DNA of 64,000 bases from Tubiluchus corallicola (Eukaryota > Animalia > Priapulida). The DNA lies in contig JAQGDQ010000666.1 in the NCBI GenBank assembly GCA_030141605.1, positions 1-64,000 of the forward strand, in the 5' to 3' direction. Below the pieces are notes generated by a model. The model saw nothing but the letters and a program-made list of their open reading frames with translations, ran no database searches and was not told the DNA's origin. Below are positions 39,608 to 52,331 of this stretch, one piece after another; positions within the stretch are counted from its first letter, which is position 1, and each line of letters begins with the position of its first letter. The position numbers were made by a program, and so were the translations under genes.

Positions 39608-41199
39608 CTTCTCGATGACTGTCCCCACAAGATTAGCGCACCGTTTGTCAAATACATTCACCGCACACCATACAAGTCAATAAGTAGACCCGTTTCCCTG
39701 AAATACTTTCTTCTAGAATATTTTTTGCCAGACAAAAATTTTCACGGGAAACTTTTTGGCATAAAAACTTGTTCTTCATTAAAATTCTTCCCAGAAATGA
39801 TTTTCTGCAGAATTGCAACTTTTCCCAAAAAATCCCAGAATCAAATTTTGCTTAGAAAAAGAAAAAACTCAAAAAATGCAGCAAAAACAATAAAATATAG
39901 TAGCTAATTATTCATTAATATGCTTCATAAGCGATTAAAAATCAGAAAATTGGTCTGCTCAATAAGGCAAGAAAATAGAGTTGTAACGATATAAGTAGCG
40001 ATTAGTGAATCATGTCAATCTTTGCATATGCAGTTGTGAACTATAGCATAAGATTGGCTACCAAAGTTAAGCAATGCCAAGCATTGTGCATGATTTGTTG
40101 AGAGACTGCTTAGGAATCTTGCTCTTAAGCAATTACTTTTTTTACTAGTGGTTCGGAATTATTTTGTTTGTTTCGTCATGCTTAGAAAAGATGTACATGC
40201 ATCTGAAAGTGACTCCAACATCTCTGCCAGTTTAGTAGTTCATCTCAGAGGATTATCTTAATAATGAACTAAGATCTGTTCTTGCCAGAAAGAAATAGGA
40301 AAAATCCAGTAAAAGAGCGCAACATACAAGGCAAAATTTAATGTTAACCACTATTATAGTTAATGTTTTACGTTAATTTTTTACGTTTTACAAACAATTA
40401 AGAAAGTAATTTCAGCTAAACAACCTGAAATTGTAGCAACAAAGTTTCAAAACAAAATATTTTTCTAAAACAAAATTAAAAGACAAGCTTGACCCTTTAA
40501 TTGTTTGTCTCTTTAAATGGTTTTCATTTATGATAGTCATTTGTTAAAGCATTGCACATAAATTGAGAGCAGAAAGACAGAAAACGAAAGAGACAGAGAG
40601 AGAAAAAAGGAAGGAGAATGAGAAAGAAATAGGGAAAGGTAAAGAGAAGGAAAGAGGGCTGAGAAGAGATAAAATCAGAGAAGAAGACAGGGAGATGGCA
40701 GAGAATAGGAAAGGAGGAGAATAGGGAAATAACATAGGAACAGGGAGGCAGTAAAGGGAGTCAAGACGCAAACAGAAGAAAGTAATCAAAAGCTTAATTA
40801 AATTTATCCGACTAAAGATGGGTGATTTAGCAATTAAAAGGTAACTGTATTTTTTTATTAAATTAGAGAAAATCAAATTGCAGAACTGCAGACTTGTAAT
40901 TGCACTTATCATTTGTCAAGGTAAACATATAGTGCTGCCAGAAATAAAAATACATCTAAGTTACAAAATTTTGCCTACGTAAAAGACCAAGAGGGGTAAT
41001 AAGTTAGCCCATACCACGTAGTATCTGGCACTCGTGCTCTATAAAAAGGCATGAATATTAGTTTTCAATAAAACCAAGGTATGGTTGTATAACAAATTAA
41101 AAAAATATCCAATCACTGCTACATAGTTTGAAAATTTTTAATTGTATGCATCAATATAAAAAATGTGGAATAATTGGTAAACAAAGAACAACAAAAACT

Positions 41200-41410
41200 G
41201 ACATAAGAATGAAGGCTTATCAATTACCTGTTAATTACAATAAGCTTAAATTTATGCAAATCACTACTCGCTATTCCAAACTAAACAGAACTAACTTTCA
41301 GATCAAAATGGACAATATTAATCCTGAGCAAACTGATCAAATCAAGCATTTAGGTATCCTATCGATAATAAGTATCATGGAAACTGTATACACGTCACAT
41401 TTCCTATAAA
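41200..41410 (+). mobile_element. Degenerate CR1/L2 RT fragment
   Basis: LPVNYNKLKFMQI...EQTDQIKHLGI resembles the L.LN..KTK.M...V...K.LG motif. Confidence 0.45.
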
Positions 41411-41455
41411 ATTGTTAAAATTATAAATATCATAAGCAAATTGCAGCATTACGTA

Positions 41456-41456
<1 letters not shown>

Positions 41457-41552
<96 letters not shown>
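41457..41552. repeat. (CA)n microsatellite
   Basis: Direct observation. Confidence 0.97.
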
Positions 41553-41554
<2 letters not shown>

Positions 41555-42785
41555 AAGAAACTGTTTATTATGCACTAGTCTACCCCAAAAGCAATATAGT
41601 ATCCTGGCTTGCAGAAGAGCAGCTAATTAAACATTGGAACCAGTCATTACTGCACAGAACAAAATTGTTAAATTAATGAATTTCTCCTTGATTCATACAC
41701 ATTCAATGCCAGCATATAAAGGTTTACATAATTTATACTAAAAATACATGACGTTTATATTGAATCTAAATGTGAACCTAGTACATGAATCTGAATCTGA
41801 TATACCCTAGATTAGTGCTTACCACGCATCACTGAAACAAAATGAATTACATAAACGTAGTACGTAATTTATTATAATGGTTATATTTATGACATTACAC
41901 CAATGTGAATGTATACTACAATATAAGTATGGCAGTAAAAGTTTTACATTAATTTACAATATACTGGACAACAGAATAATAGACATTACGAAGTTTTGTA
42001 TCAACATGTGAACACGTGTCCAGAGGATACATTAACATGATTTAAATACTGTGACAAAGCTGTCAGTTTCATTAACATAATTCAAATACTGTCTCAGAGC
42101 TGTCAATTTCACAATACATTCTTTAATTATCAGCATTAATTTCAGACAAACCGTTGCCTTTAACAAACGGCTACTTTTTCTAGCCAAAATGAATATGCTT
42201 ATTTTTTCAACCTAACACTAACCTCATGAATGGAACCTAAGCTACAACATCAATTGACTGTTCGTTTGTCAGTCAGTCAGCAAGCTAAGCAGCCAGTTAC
42301 ACATTTTGTTGACCAGCGAGCCAGCCAACCAATCATTTAATCAGTAAGTCGGAGAGTCGGTCATTCACTCCATTAGCCAATCAATTTGTTCACTAGTCAA
42401 CAGGCATCTATGCTAGTCTGTTTGCTCTTTCATTCAAATAATCTGTGACTAACTGATTAACAGCTAGCCTGTTTTATTGGTTGACCCATTACCGAAGCAA
42501 AACATTCAACTTGTTGTCTGCCTCTTTTACAACAGTCGACAGTCACAATTACAAGTTCATTCATTGATGAAATGCAACTTGAACTAAATGCTCTGTTTAC
42601 AATAAAATGATGCAATTATAATATATCCATTTCCTGATACACGTATTGCTGACTGTCGTGTTCATGTGGTGTGAATACCCATGTGCCCGACATGGTGATC
42701 CCGACAAGAAAATGGTTTGTCACATAAAGTCAAATTTGTAGGGTTTTACTCCAGTATGAGTGTTCATGTGCTTGCGAAGATGACG

Positions 42786-44531
42786 TCACTGAAAAAATGA
42801 TTTGTCATATAAGTCACATTTGTGGGGTTTCATTCCAGTATGAGTGTTCATGTGCGTGAGAAGATGATCTTGCCGAGAAAATGATTTGCTACATAAGTCA
42901 CATTTGTGTGGTTTCTCTCCAGTATGGATGTTCATGTGACGGAGAAGATTACCTCGCACAGAAAATGATTTGTTGCATAACTCACATTTATGTGGTTTCA
43001 TTCCAGTATGAGTGTTCATGTGACAGAGAAGACTACTTCGATGAGAAAACGATTTGTTGCATAAGTCACACTTGTGCCGTTTCATTCCAGTATGAGTGTT
43101 CATGTGCGTGAGAAGACTACTTCGATGAGAAAATGACTTGTCACATAACTCACATTTGTGGGGTTTTATTCCAGTATGGGTGTTCATGTGCATGAAAAGA
43201 TTGCCTCGCTGAGAAAATGATTTGTCACATAAGTCACATTTGTGCGGTTTCTCTCCAGTATGGATGTTCATGTGACATAGAAGACTACCTCGCTGAGAAA
43301 ATGATTTGTTGCATAACTCACATTTGTGCGGTTTTTCTCCAGTGTGGATGTTCTTGTGACGGAAAAGACTACCTCGCTCAGAAAATGCTTTGTTGCATAA
43401 CTCACATTTGTGGGGTTTCATTCCAGTATGAGTGTTCATGTGACAGAGAAGACTACTTCGATGAGAAAATGATTTGTCACATAAGTCACATTTGTGTGGT
43501 TTTTCTCCAGTATGGATGTTCATGTGACATAGAAGACTACCTTGCTGAGAAAATGATTTGTTGCATAACTCACATTTGTGGGGTTTCATTCCAGTATGAG
43601 TGTTCATGTGCCTGAGAAGATGACCTCGCTCAGAAAATGATTTGTTACATAAGTCACATTTGTGGGGTTTCATTCCACTATGAGTGTTCATGTGACTGAG
43701 AAGACTACTTCGATGAGAAAATGATTTGTTGCATAAGTCACATTTGTGGGGTTTTATTCCAGTATGGGTGTTCATGTGCACGAGAAGATTACCTCGCCGA
43801 GAAAATGATTTGTCACATAAGTCACATTTGTGCGGTTTCTCTCCAGTATGGATGTTCATGTGACAGAGAAGACTGCCTCGCTCAGAAAATGACTTGTCAC
43901 ATAACTCACATTTGTGGGGTTTTATTCCAGTATGGGTGTTCATGTGACAGAGAAGACTACCTCGCTGAGAAAATGATTTGTCACATAAGTCACATTTGTG
44001 GGGTTTCAATCCAGTATGAGTGTTCATGTGCCTGAGAAGACTACCTCGCTGAGAAAATGATTTGTTGCATAACTCACATTTGTGGGGTTTCATTCCAGTA
44101 TGGGTGTTCATGTGACTGAGAAGATGACCTCGCTGAGAAAATGATTTGTCACATAAGTCACATTTGTGGGGTTTCAATCCAGTATGGGTGTTCATGTGAC
44201 TGAGAAGACTACTTCGATGAGAAAATGATTTGTTGCATAAGTCACATTTGTGGGGTTTTATTCCAGTATGGGTGTTCATGTGCACGAGAAGATTACCTCG
44301 CCGAGAAAATGATTTGTCACATAAGTCACATTTGTGCGGTTTCTCTCCAGTATGGATGTTCATGTGACAGAGAAGACTGCCTCGCTCAGAAAATGACTTG
44401 TCACATAACTCACATTTGTGGGGTTTTATTCCAGTATGGGTGTTCATGTGACTGAGAAGATGACCTCGCTGAGAAAATGATTTGTCACATAAGCCACACT
44501 TGTGCGGTTTCATTCCAGTATGGGTGTTCAT
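42786..44531 (-). CDS. Tandem C2H2 zinc-finger array, 20 intact fingers (copy 2); may be part of a pseudogene
   Basis: 581-aa ORF of 28-aa CxxC-x12-HxxxH units with TG(M/I/E/L)KP linkers; the exon acceptor at 44766 is followed by in-frame stops upstream of this ORF. Confidence 0.8.
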   Translation of the reverse strand: MNTHTGMKPHKCGLCDKSFSQRGHLLSHMNTHTGIKPHKCELCDKSFSERGSLLCHMNIHTGEKPHKCDLCDKSFSRRGNLLVHMNTHTGIKPHKCDLCNKSFSHRSSLLSHMNTHTGLKPHKCDLCDKSFSQRGHLLSHMNTHTGMKPHKCELCNKSFSQRGSLLRHMNTHTGLKPHKCDLCDKSFSQRGSLLCHMNTHTGIKPHKCELCDKSFSERGSLLCHMNIHTGEKPHKCDLCDKSFSRRGNLLVHMNTHTGIKPHKCDLCNKSFSHRSSLLSHMNTHSGMKPHKCDLCNKSFSERGHLLRHMNTHTGMKPHKCELCNKSFSQQGSLLCHMNIHTGEKPHKCDLCDKSFSHRSSLLCHMNTHTGMKPHKCELCNKAFSERGSLFRHKNIHTGEKPHKCELCNKSFSQRGSLLCHMNIHTGEKPHKCDLCDKSFSQRGNLFMHMNTHTGIKPHKCELCDKSFSHRSSLLTHMNTHTGMKRHKCDLCNKSFSHRSSLLCHMNTHTGMKPHKCELCNKSFSVRGNLLRHMNIHTGEKPHKCDLCSKSFSRQDHLLTHMNTHTGMKPHKCDLYDKSFFQ

Positions 44532-45469
44532 GTGCCTGAGAAGACTACCTCGATGAGAAAATGATTTGTTGCACTAGTCACATCTGTGAGAGTTCATTCA
44601 TGTGTAATGTTCGCGTGTTTACAAAGACTACATTGATGGTAAAAGTATTGATTGCACTGGCCACAGCTGTATGCTTTCAGTTTGTTTTTCCATAACTGCA
44701 AAACTGGTTTTTCTAAGAGTGTAGATTGCAGTTGCAAGACTACAGTTCATGTGCAGGCAGAAACACCTATATAGAAGATAAAGCAAAACTAAAATGTGTA
44801 GTTAATAATTCAATATCCATTCAGCGTTTTAAGACTACGTAAGTGGTTTGTAATTTAAGAAAACAATCAACACAAACATTCGTTTACTGATGCTGAAAGC
44901 CCCAAATTAATGAACATCACAGTGGTAAATAGTGGTAGTGATAATGCAGTTTATAAGATTAATATTAAGAAAAAATAAGAACGCTGTTGATGACAAAAAT
45001 GAGATACATTTTTGTAAAGTATTTTAAGTAATTGCTGTTTTGCAATTTTGCTGAAGAAACACTAAGCAGAACGAATGCGAATGACTACAAGGTAGCTTAT
45101 GATTCTTTTAAAAAGTGACAAATTTCAGAAAAAGCTGGCATCGATAATAAAATAAACAGAAATTGTTGTTAAAGAGATACTAAACTGTAAAGTAACAAAT
45201 GCTCAGAACATTTTCTGTGTCTTGTCAAAACGATTACATCAAAAATTCCCTTTAAATCATTTCACAATGCTGCTCAGCTCAGAAGCATTGTGAAATGTTT
45301 TATGCACAGAGGGGGCAAAGGATGTAGATACCCCTACCTCCTGTTTCCCTAACCTTCAGCTAGGAACCTCGGGGTGATATTTTCTGCTTTCAAGGCACTT
45401 TAAAGATTTAAACTGAGATCTAAATTGGACTGCATTTGTTTTCAAAAAATGCCAAAAAAGCCCAAACTT

Positions 45470-47361
45470 CATTGAAAATGATTTGTTGCACAAGTCACAT
45501 TTGTGGGGTTTTATTCCAGTATGGATGTTCATGTGGCAGAGAAGACTACCTCACTGATAAAATGATTTGTCATATAAGTCACATTTGTGGGGTTTCATTC
45601 CAGTATGAGTGTTCATGTGCGTGAGAAGATTATCTCGCCGAGAAAATAATTTGTCACATAACTCACAAGTGTGGCATTTCATTCCTGTGTGAGTGTTCAT
45701 GTGCCTGAGAAAATTGCCTCGCTCAGAAAAGGATTTGTCACATAACTCACACTTGTAGGGCTTCGTTCCAGTATGAGTATTTATGTGCATGAGAAGATTA
45801 CCTTGCTCAGAAAATGATTTGTTGCATAAGGCACATTTGTTGGGTTTCATTCCAGTATGGGTGTTCATGTGCCTGAGAAGTTGACCTTGCAGAGAAAATG
45901 ATTTGTCACATAACTCACATTTGTGGGGTTTCATTCCAGTATGAGTGTTCATGTGCCTGGGAAGACTACCTCGATGAGATTTTGATTTGTTACATAAATC
46001 ACATTTGTGTTGTTTCATTCCAGTATGAGTGTTCATGTGACTGAGAAGACTACTTCGATGAGAAAATGACTTATCACATAACTCACATTTGTGGGGTTTT
46101 ATTCCAGTATGGGTGTTCATGTGCATGAAAAGATTGCCTCGCTGAGAAAATGATTTGTCACATAAGTCACATTTGTGCGGTTTCTCTCCAGTATGGCTGT
46201 TCATGTGAGTAAGAAGACTACCTCGCTCAGAAAATGACTTGTCACATAACTCACATTTGTGGGGTTTTATTCCAGTATGGGTGTTCATGTGACTGAGAAG
46301 ATTACCTCGCCGAGAAAATGATTTGTCACATAACTCACATTTGTGGGGTTTCATTCCAGTATGAGTGTTTATGTGCATGAGAAGACTACCTCACTGAGAA
46401 AATGATTTGTTGCATAAGTCACATTTGTGGGGTTTCATTCCAGTATGAGTATTCATGTGAGTGAGAAGATTGCCTCGCTGAGAAAATGATTTGTCGCATA
46501 AGTCACATTTGTGGGGTTTTTCTCCAGTATGAGAGTTCATGTGACGGAGAAGACTACCTCGATGAGAAAATGATTTGTTGCATAAGACACATTTGTGCGG
46601 TTTCATTCCAGTATGGATATTCATGTGACGGAGAAGACCACCTCGCTTAGAAAATGATTTGTCACACAAGTCACATTTGTGGGGTTTCATTCCTGTGTGA
46701 GTGTTCATGTGACTGAGAAGATGACCTCGCTGAGAAAATGATTTGTCACATAAGTCACATTTGTGTGGTTTCTCTCCAGTATGGATGTTCATGTGACGGA
46801 AAAGACTACCTCGCTCAGAAAATGATTTGTTGCATAACTCACATTTGTGGGGTTTCATTCCAGTATGAGTGTTCATGTGACAGAGAAGACTACTTCGATG
46901 AGAAAATAATTTGTTGCAAAAGTCACACTTGTGCAGTTTCATTCCAGTATGGGTGTTCATGTGCGTGAGAAGATTACCTCGCTGAGAAAATGATTTGTCA
47001 CATAACTCACATTTGTGGGGTTTCATTTCAGTATGAGTGTTCATGACACAGGGAAGACTACCTCGATGAGAAAATCATTTGTTGCATAAGTCACATTTGC
47101 GGGGTTTCATTCCAGTATGGGTGTTCATGTGCCTGAGAAGATTACTGTGCCAAGAAAACAAGTTGATGCACTAGTCACATCTGTGAGAGTTCACTCGTGT
47201 AATGTTCGCGTGTTTACAAAGACTAGGTTGATGGTAAAAGTATTGATTGCACTGGTCACAGCTGTATGCTTTCAGTTTGTTTTTCCATAACTGCAAAATT
47301 GGTTTTTCTAAGAGTGTAGATTGCAGTTGCAATACTTCAGTTCATGTGCAGGCGGAAACAC
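45470..47361 (-). pseudogene. Tandem C2H2 zinc-finger exon copy 1, interrupted by stop codons
   Basis: Acceptor tatag|GT at 47361; stops near 47343, 47171, 47075, 46391 and 45551 split the array into 217- and 275-aa ORFs. Confidence 0.75.
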
Positions 47362-48528
47362 CTATATAGAAGATAAAGCAAAACTAAAATGTGTAGTTAA
47401 TAATTCAATATCCATTGAGCATTTTAAGACTACGTAAGTGGTTTGTAATTTAAGAAAACAATCAACACAAACATTCGTTTACTGATGCTGAAAGCCCCAA
47501 ATTAATGAACATCACAGTGGTAAATAGTGGTAGTGATAATGCAGTTTATAAGATTAATATCAAGAAAAAATAAGAATGTTGTGATGACAAAGTTAGATAC
47601 ATTTTTTAAAGTATTTTAAGTAAATGCTGTGCTGTTTTGCAATTTTAAAATATGTTCGTCATCTTTTATTATGTATGTATGTAGTGTTGGATTATAATTT
47701 GTAACTATGTCTATTGTACATGATCGTTGTCGTTCAATGTGTCTCATGCATTCTAAATTATATATATATATGTGAATAGGTTTAATACATTATAAATGCT
47801 TTTAGAAATTTTAAACATATCCCTACAAATAGAGGGAATGTATTCTGCACATTGTTTTCTAAAAATAAAGAATTATAATGAAAAATAATAATGTGTGCAT
47901 ACATGTGAAAACTCCTTAAGTGGCTTCATGCCAGCATTCATCAACATAATTTTCTATCATAATCTAACGCTTTTAACATAATTTAACCGGTCGTCTTTGC
48001 AACGTCTTGGCAACATTTGTAACTTTGTTAGAAACTTTATAGAACATTTAACATAACTCTTTCTTGCTTATTAATCTGTTTATTCACAAAGACTGCTGCC
48101 ATGATAAGTCTAAAGAGTATAACGCCTCGTGGCTTGCCCGCTAAAAACAGTGAGAGGAAACCTTAGTTATTTTCAAACTTTAAAATATAAACCATAGATA
48201 AGAACACGTCACACTCTATACTACTGATAAAAAACAAATGAGCTGTTTAGACGATTCTCCCTAGCACAGCTGCACGGATAAAGAACGCCCGAATTCGAGT
48301 GCCGATGCAAGACTACTTGAGGATTTCTAATTAGGTATTGTTTTCGCCCGAGGACATGGTAGAGTAGCTCAGTTGACAGAAAGTTTGCCCCTTTTTGGCG
48401 TGATTAGAGTTTAATCAATTCATAAGAGCATTTGCTGGTAGAGAAACAGTAGTTTTATAATCTCTCTAACTAGGCCCCAACAGAAAACTGAACGCTCAAT
48501 CAGGCTAGATTGAAATTGTGTAGTAATG

Positions 48529-48572
<44 letters not shown>

Positions 48573-48582
48573 CATTCATTCA
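48529..48582. repeat. (CAAT)n/(CATT)n microsatellite
   Basis: Direct observation. Confidence 0.9.
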
Positions 48583-49504
48583 TGGGCAGAAATGAGTGAA
48601 TCAAAGAATGGTTAGGGTTAGTAGACATGATGGAATGGAAAAAATAGTAAAATTGGGGATAGGAAGAAAGAGAAGAAACGACCACAGTGTATGTTTAATT
48701 TACATAGAGGTATATTAAAATAGCATTATAATTGATTGGAGGCCATATATTGCGACTACATGAGACATGGAACCATTAAAATTGTATTTATAAGTATGAA
48801 TCAAAAATGGTCCTTTTCAAGTACTTTTTGAAACTATAAATAGTTTTGTGTATTTTTACTTGGCCACAACAGAACGAAAAATTCTCCCCACAATTTTTCA
48901 ATACCTTCTAAATGGTCTGTAGCCAACTAGTCTTGCTAATCTTAGTATACTACTGTAACTGCAATATGCATAACGACACTTATTTATTGGAAGGTGCTGC
49001 CCTCTACGAGCAGTGCGGAGAGGAAAGGACAGCAGGAGGACAATAGTGGTCGCGTTTTTATTCACAGCAATGTTTTTTGTCGTTATTGTGTTATAGTTAA
49101 TAACAGCGTTTAGTTATAACCAAATTTGTACTTGAGAAATTTTAAATCTTGATGAAGAGCCAACGATGTAAGTTACATGAACTTAAATAATTTAATTAAG
49201 TTATGAATTCGATCTCTGAAATTTGAGAAAGTACTTTTACCAATAAGTTGACTTCTTTGTAATTATTAAGCTTCTGTTTATCATTTTATTTATTTTCTTA
49301 CTTGTTAATGTTCTCTTTATTATTCTCTTTAGAATAAATGACTTTGGAACATGAATGGAATAGTGAAGGCTTTCTGTACATAACAACTACTCTAATTCCA
49401 CTAATGCGTGCTAACTATTTAACTAATAGCGCTAATGGGACACAGTTAATTCAAACTCAGTTTTTTACCCCAGGCACTTAAAAACATTTATAGTTAAAAT
49501 AACC

Positions 49505-49650
49505 CAACTTTATTAAAGCTTTTTACTTCACGTAGTTAAAGATCGTGCCAAAAGTTTCGACTGTCATTACCATTGATGAGAGCAGCAGCCTGTCGAAACG
49601 GTTGGCATGTTTTTTAACTACGTGAAGTAAAATATTTTAATAAAATTGTG
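49505..49650. mobile_element. Penelope-like pLTR palindrome with degenerate minimal hammerhead core
   Basis: Arms ttttacttcacgtagttaaa...gtttcgac / gtcgaaac...tttaactacgtgaagtaaaa; loop holds ttgatga-gagcagcagcctgtc-gaaac. Confidence 0.55.
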
Positions 49651-50271
49651 GTAAACCTCCAATATCAGTGCATCATACGCGCATGAGAATCGGATTTTCT
49701 CAGCTAAACTACGACCTTTTCTCTAAAGGCTGTAAAGATAATAACGGTCATCCAATATTGCCGAATTGTAACTGTGGATTTCGATTTGAGTCTGTTGAAC
49801 ACTTTTTGTTGCACTGTCCATTGTATCAACTAGCTAGGGATGTTATGTTTGATAAATTAAATGAAATATTTCTGCCCGAAAACCTTAATATAGCTGTCTT
49901 AGGAAATAATGATCTGTTGAAGTTGTTATTATTCGGTAAAGATGAATTTAACTACGTTACTAACTGTAAAATATTCGAATGTATTCATGACTTTATATTA
50001 CGTACTAAATGCTTCCAGTAGTTTCTATCTGATATAAAATGCGTCATTCTTAAATAATCATACATTAATATTTACTAACCGTCATTTTCTACTAATGTGT
50101 AATGTATCACTGTAGTAAAACTTTAGTATACTAAAGTATACTAAAAACTAGGTATAGTCTATTCTTACTGTAAATGTTTTTGTAAATAGTGTATAAAGTC
50201 TGTTGTGGTGAGGATCCTAAATCATGTTGTACAAACTGTATGATAAAATCCTAAATAAATTATATTTAAAC
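49651..50271 (+). mobile_element. 5'-truncated CR1-like LINE with 13-bp TSD
   Basis: HTRMRIGFSQLN...CNCGFRFESVEHFLLHCPLY; TSD taataaaattgtg at 49638-49650 and 50272-50284. Confidence 0.85.
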
Positions 50272-50424
50272 TAATAAAATTGTGTTGTTTTATTTACAGT
50301 TCTTCTTCTGTTACTAAAGCATGCCAACCACGCTAATTTTGCTAAGCCTACAGCCTAAGTTTCTGAGCGATATTTTACGATACGACTTGCACAGAACTCT
50401 GTTTACAAAAGTTGGTATATTGAA

Positions 50425-50889
50425 TTAACCCTTTCAGTCCCGAATTATTTTTTAGTAAGAAAAATTGTTTTGGCTTGGTACTTTTGTTCAGTATGTCCAT
50501 CTTCGTTACACATAATAATTATTTTTTTCTACCTGTGCCCGCGTGCTAAATATAGCCTGTATCCCACGGGATGCACTGGGATTCAATGGAAGCATAAAAT
50601 GTGCTTCATTTTGCAACTGCTGATAATTTTTTAAAGTATTTAAGACATTTAGTATGCATGCTATGCTGATCTGTACAAAGTCGTATCTAAAGTACTGTAC
50701 TTTGCGCAGTTTTTATGCTATGTAGATTTTCTAGTTTGCCATTTTATCACCATTTTAGTCTCTTGTTATTGGCTTAAATCAAAATAACTATTAACAGATC
50801 AAATAACTGTCAGTTTTAAATTTTTATTAATTTTAAAGGCAGAAAATATTCTCGTATCCCACGGGATACAACGGGTATGAAAGGGTTAA
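50425..50889 (+). mobile_element. piggyBac-like MITE family A copy 4
   Basis: TTAA-CCCTTTCA...TGAAAGGG-TTAA. Confidence 0.9.
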
Positions 50890-51224
50890 ACTAGCAAAAT
50901 GTGCTAAACTATTACTACTCAGAACGAAGAAACTTACCTTCATGCAACTGACGTCGTATTGTATGTAGCGTACGTTCAGAACAATTCTAACACGAGTTTT
51001 AATCGTAACAGTTACTAGTACAAGCTGCTTCTGTCATAAACTGCTGCTCTGTGAGGACAGTGTCAGTCTGGCCTTCAGCGTCCTGTCCGAGAATGTGGAT
51101 TTACTACCTGCTAAAGTCATTGATTAGTCAGGTAAAGTGCCCGAGGGAAGGTGAAATACCTGCATGTGTGATTGTCTGAAAATCATTGCGCCATTTGCTG
51201 ATACTGCAGCGAGGACAAAACAAT

Positions 51225-51273
51225 GAGAGAGAGAAATAAAATACTGCTTAAGAAGAGAAAGAGGGAGAGAGAA

Positions 51274-51308
<35 letters not shown>

Positions 51309-51353
51309 AATAAAATACTGCCTAAGAAGAGAAAGAAGGAGAGAGAGAGAGAC

Positions 51354-51444
<91 letters not shown>

Positions 51445-51570
51445 AAATACTGCCTCAGAAGAGAAAGAGGGACAGAGAGAGAGGGTGAGAAAGAAATAGA
51501 GATAGAAATAAAGAGAGCACTCTGGGAGGGAGAGAAAGAAAGAAAGAGAGAAATGAAGATAGAGAGATCT
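51225..51570. repeat. (GA)n-rich compound microsatellite
   Basis: Direct observation. Confidence 0.95.
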
Positions 51571-51993
51571 TTTATTATAAGTCTTTTATTTACCTGTATT
51601 TGCAGGTACACATATACATATACAATCAACATACAAAGTATAACAAGTAATATAAATAAGTGGGCTTATATATATATATATCTGTAATACAAGTTTACAG
51701 TCTGTGAATTTCCACAGAACTTTCCTACAACAACCACAAGACATTATTATTTACACGTTAGCCTGGGGGTTCCAATGCTACACTTAAGGTCACAAGACAA
51801 ATATTCGTCTATTTACAGTTCTGTTGTAGAGAACGTCGTTAATTAAGCCAAAGAAGTTTCCTTTGACGTCTGCTTGAAGTAGTTAATATTGGAGGCCATG
51901 GCACTGCACGCTATCAAATGCTCTTTCGAAGTCACAGCAGATAGCCAGTGACTTCATATCACGCTGTATATTTTGCTCTAGAGTAGCTATCAG

Positions 51994-52331
51994 TAGGGGT
52001 GAGCATCGAACTCGATTCGAATCCAAAACTATAGATTCGAATAATTCAGCACTTCAATCACACGTGTTCTTTATCACTAAAATGATTGAAACATCATGCA
52101 ATTATCATAATTTAGCTGTGATTTCTGCACACAATTTTAAACAAATTACTAGTCGTTTTACTGCAGAACAAAATCTAGTGATACACATGATCTTTGTAAG
52201 ACTAATTTTTACTGGTGGTTCGAAAACTTGTTCGAAAATCGTTCAATCTCAGTTCGAATTCGGTTCGAATTCGAAACACTGAAGTTCGGTTCGATTCGAA
52301 TTCGCTTTCTGGTAGAGAATGCTCACCCCTA
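51994..52331. mobile_element. hAT MITE with perfect 8-bp TSD GCTATCAG
   Basis: TIR taggggtgagcat / atgctcaccccta; subterminal ttcgaa repeats. Confidence 0.9.

Noticed and set aside
42786-46393. TGA codons as selenocysteine
   Set aside because: They replace Arg (CGA), not Cys, and no SECIS was seen.
42881-46968. Cys-rich + strand ORFs (MICCISHICG...)
   Set aside because: Antisense shadows of the zinc-finger array.
50938-51160. Upstream coding exon of the zinc-finger gene (donor GAAG|gtaagt)
   Set aside because: The phase-compatible frame has two stops and no recognisable domain, so it is unsupported as CDS.
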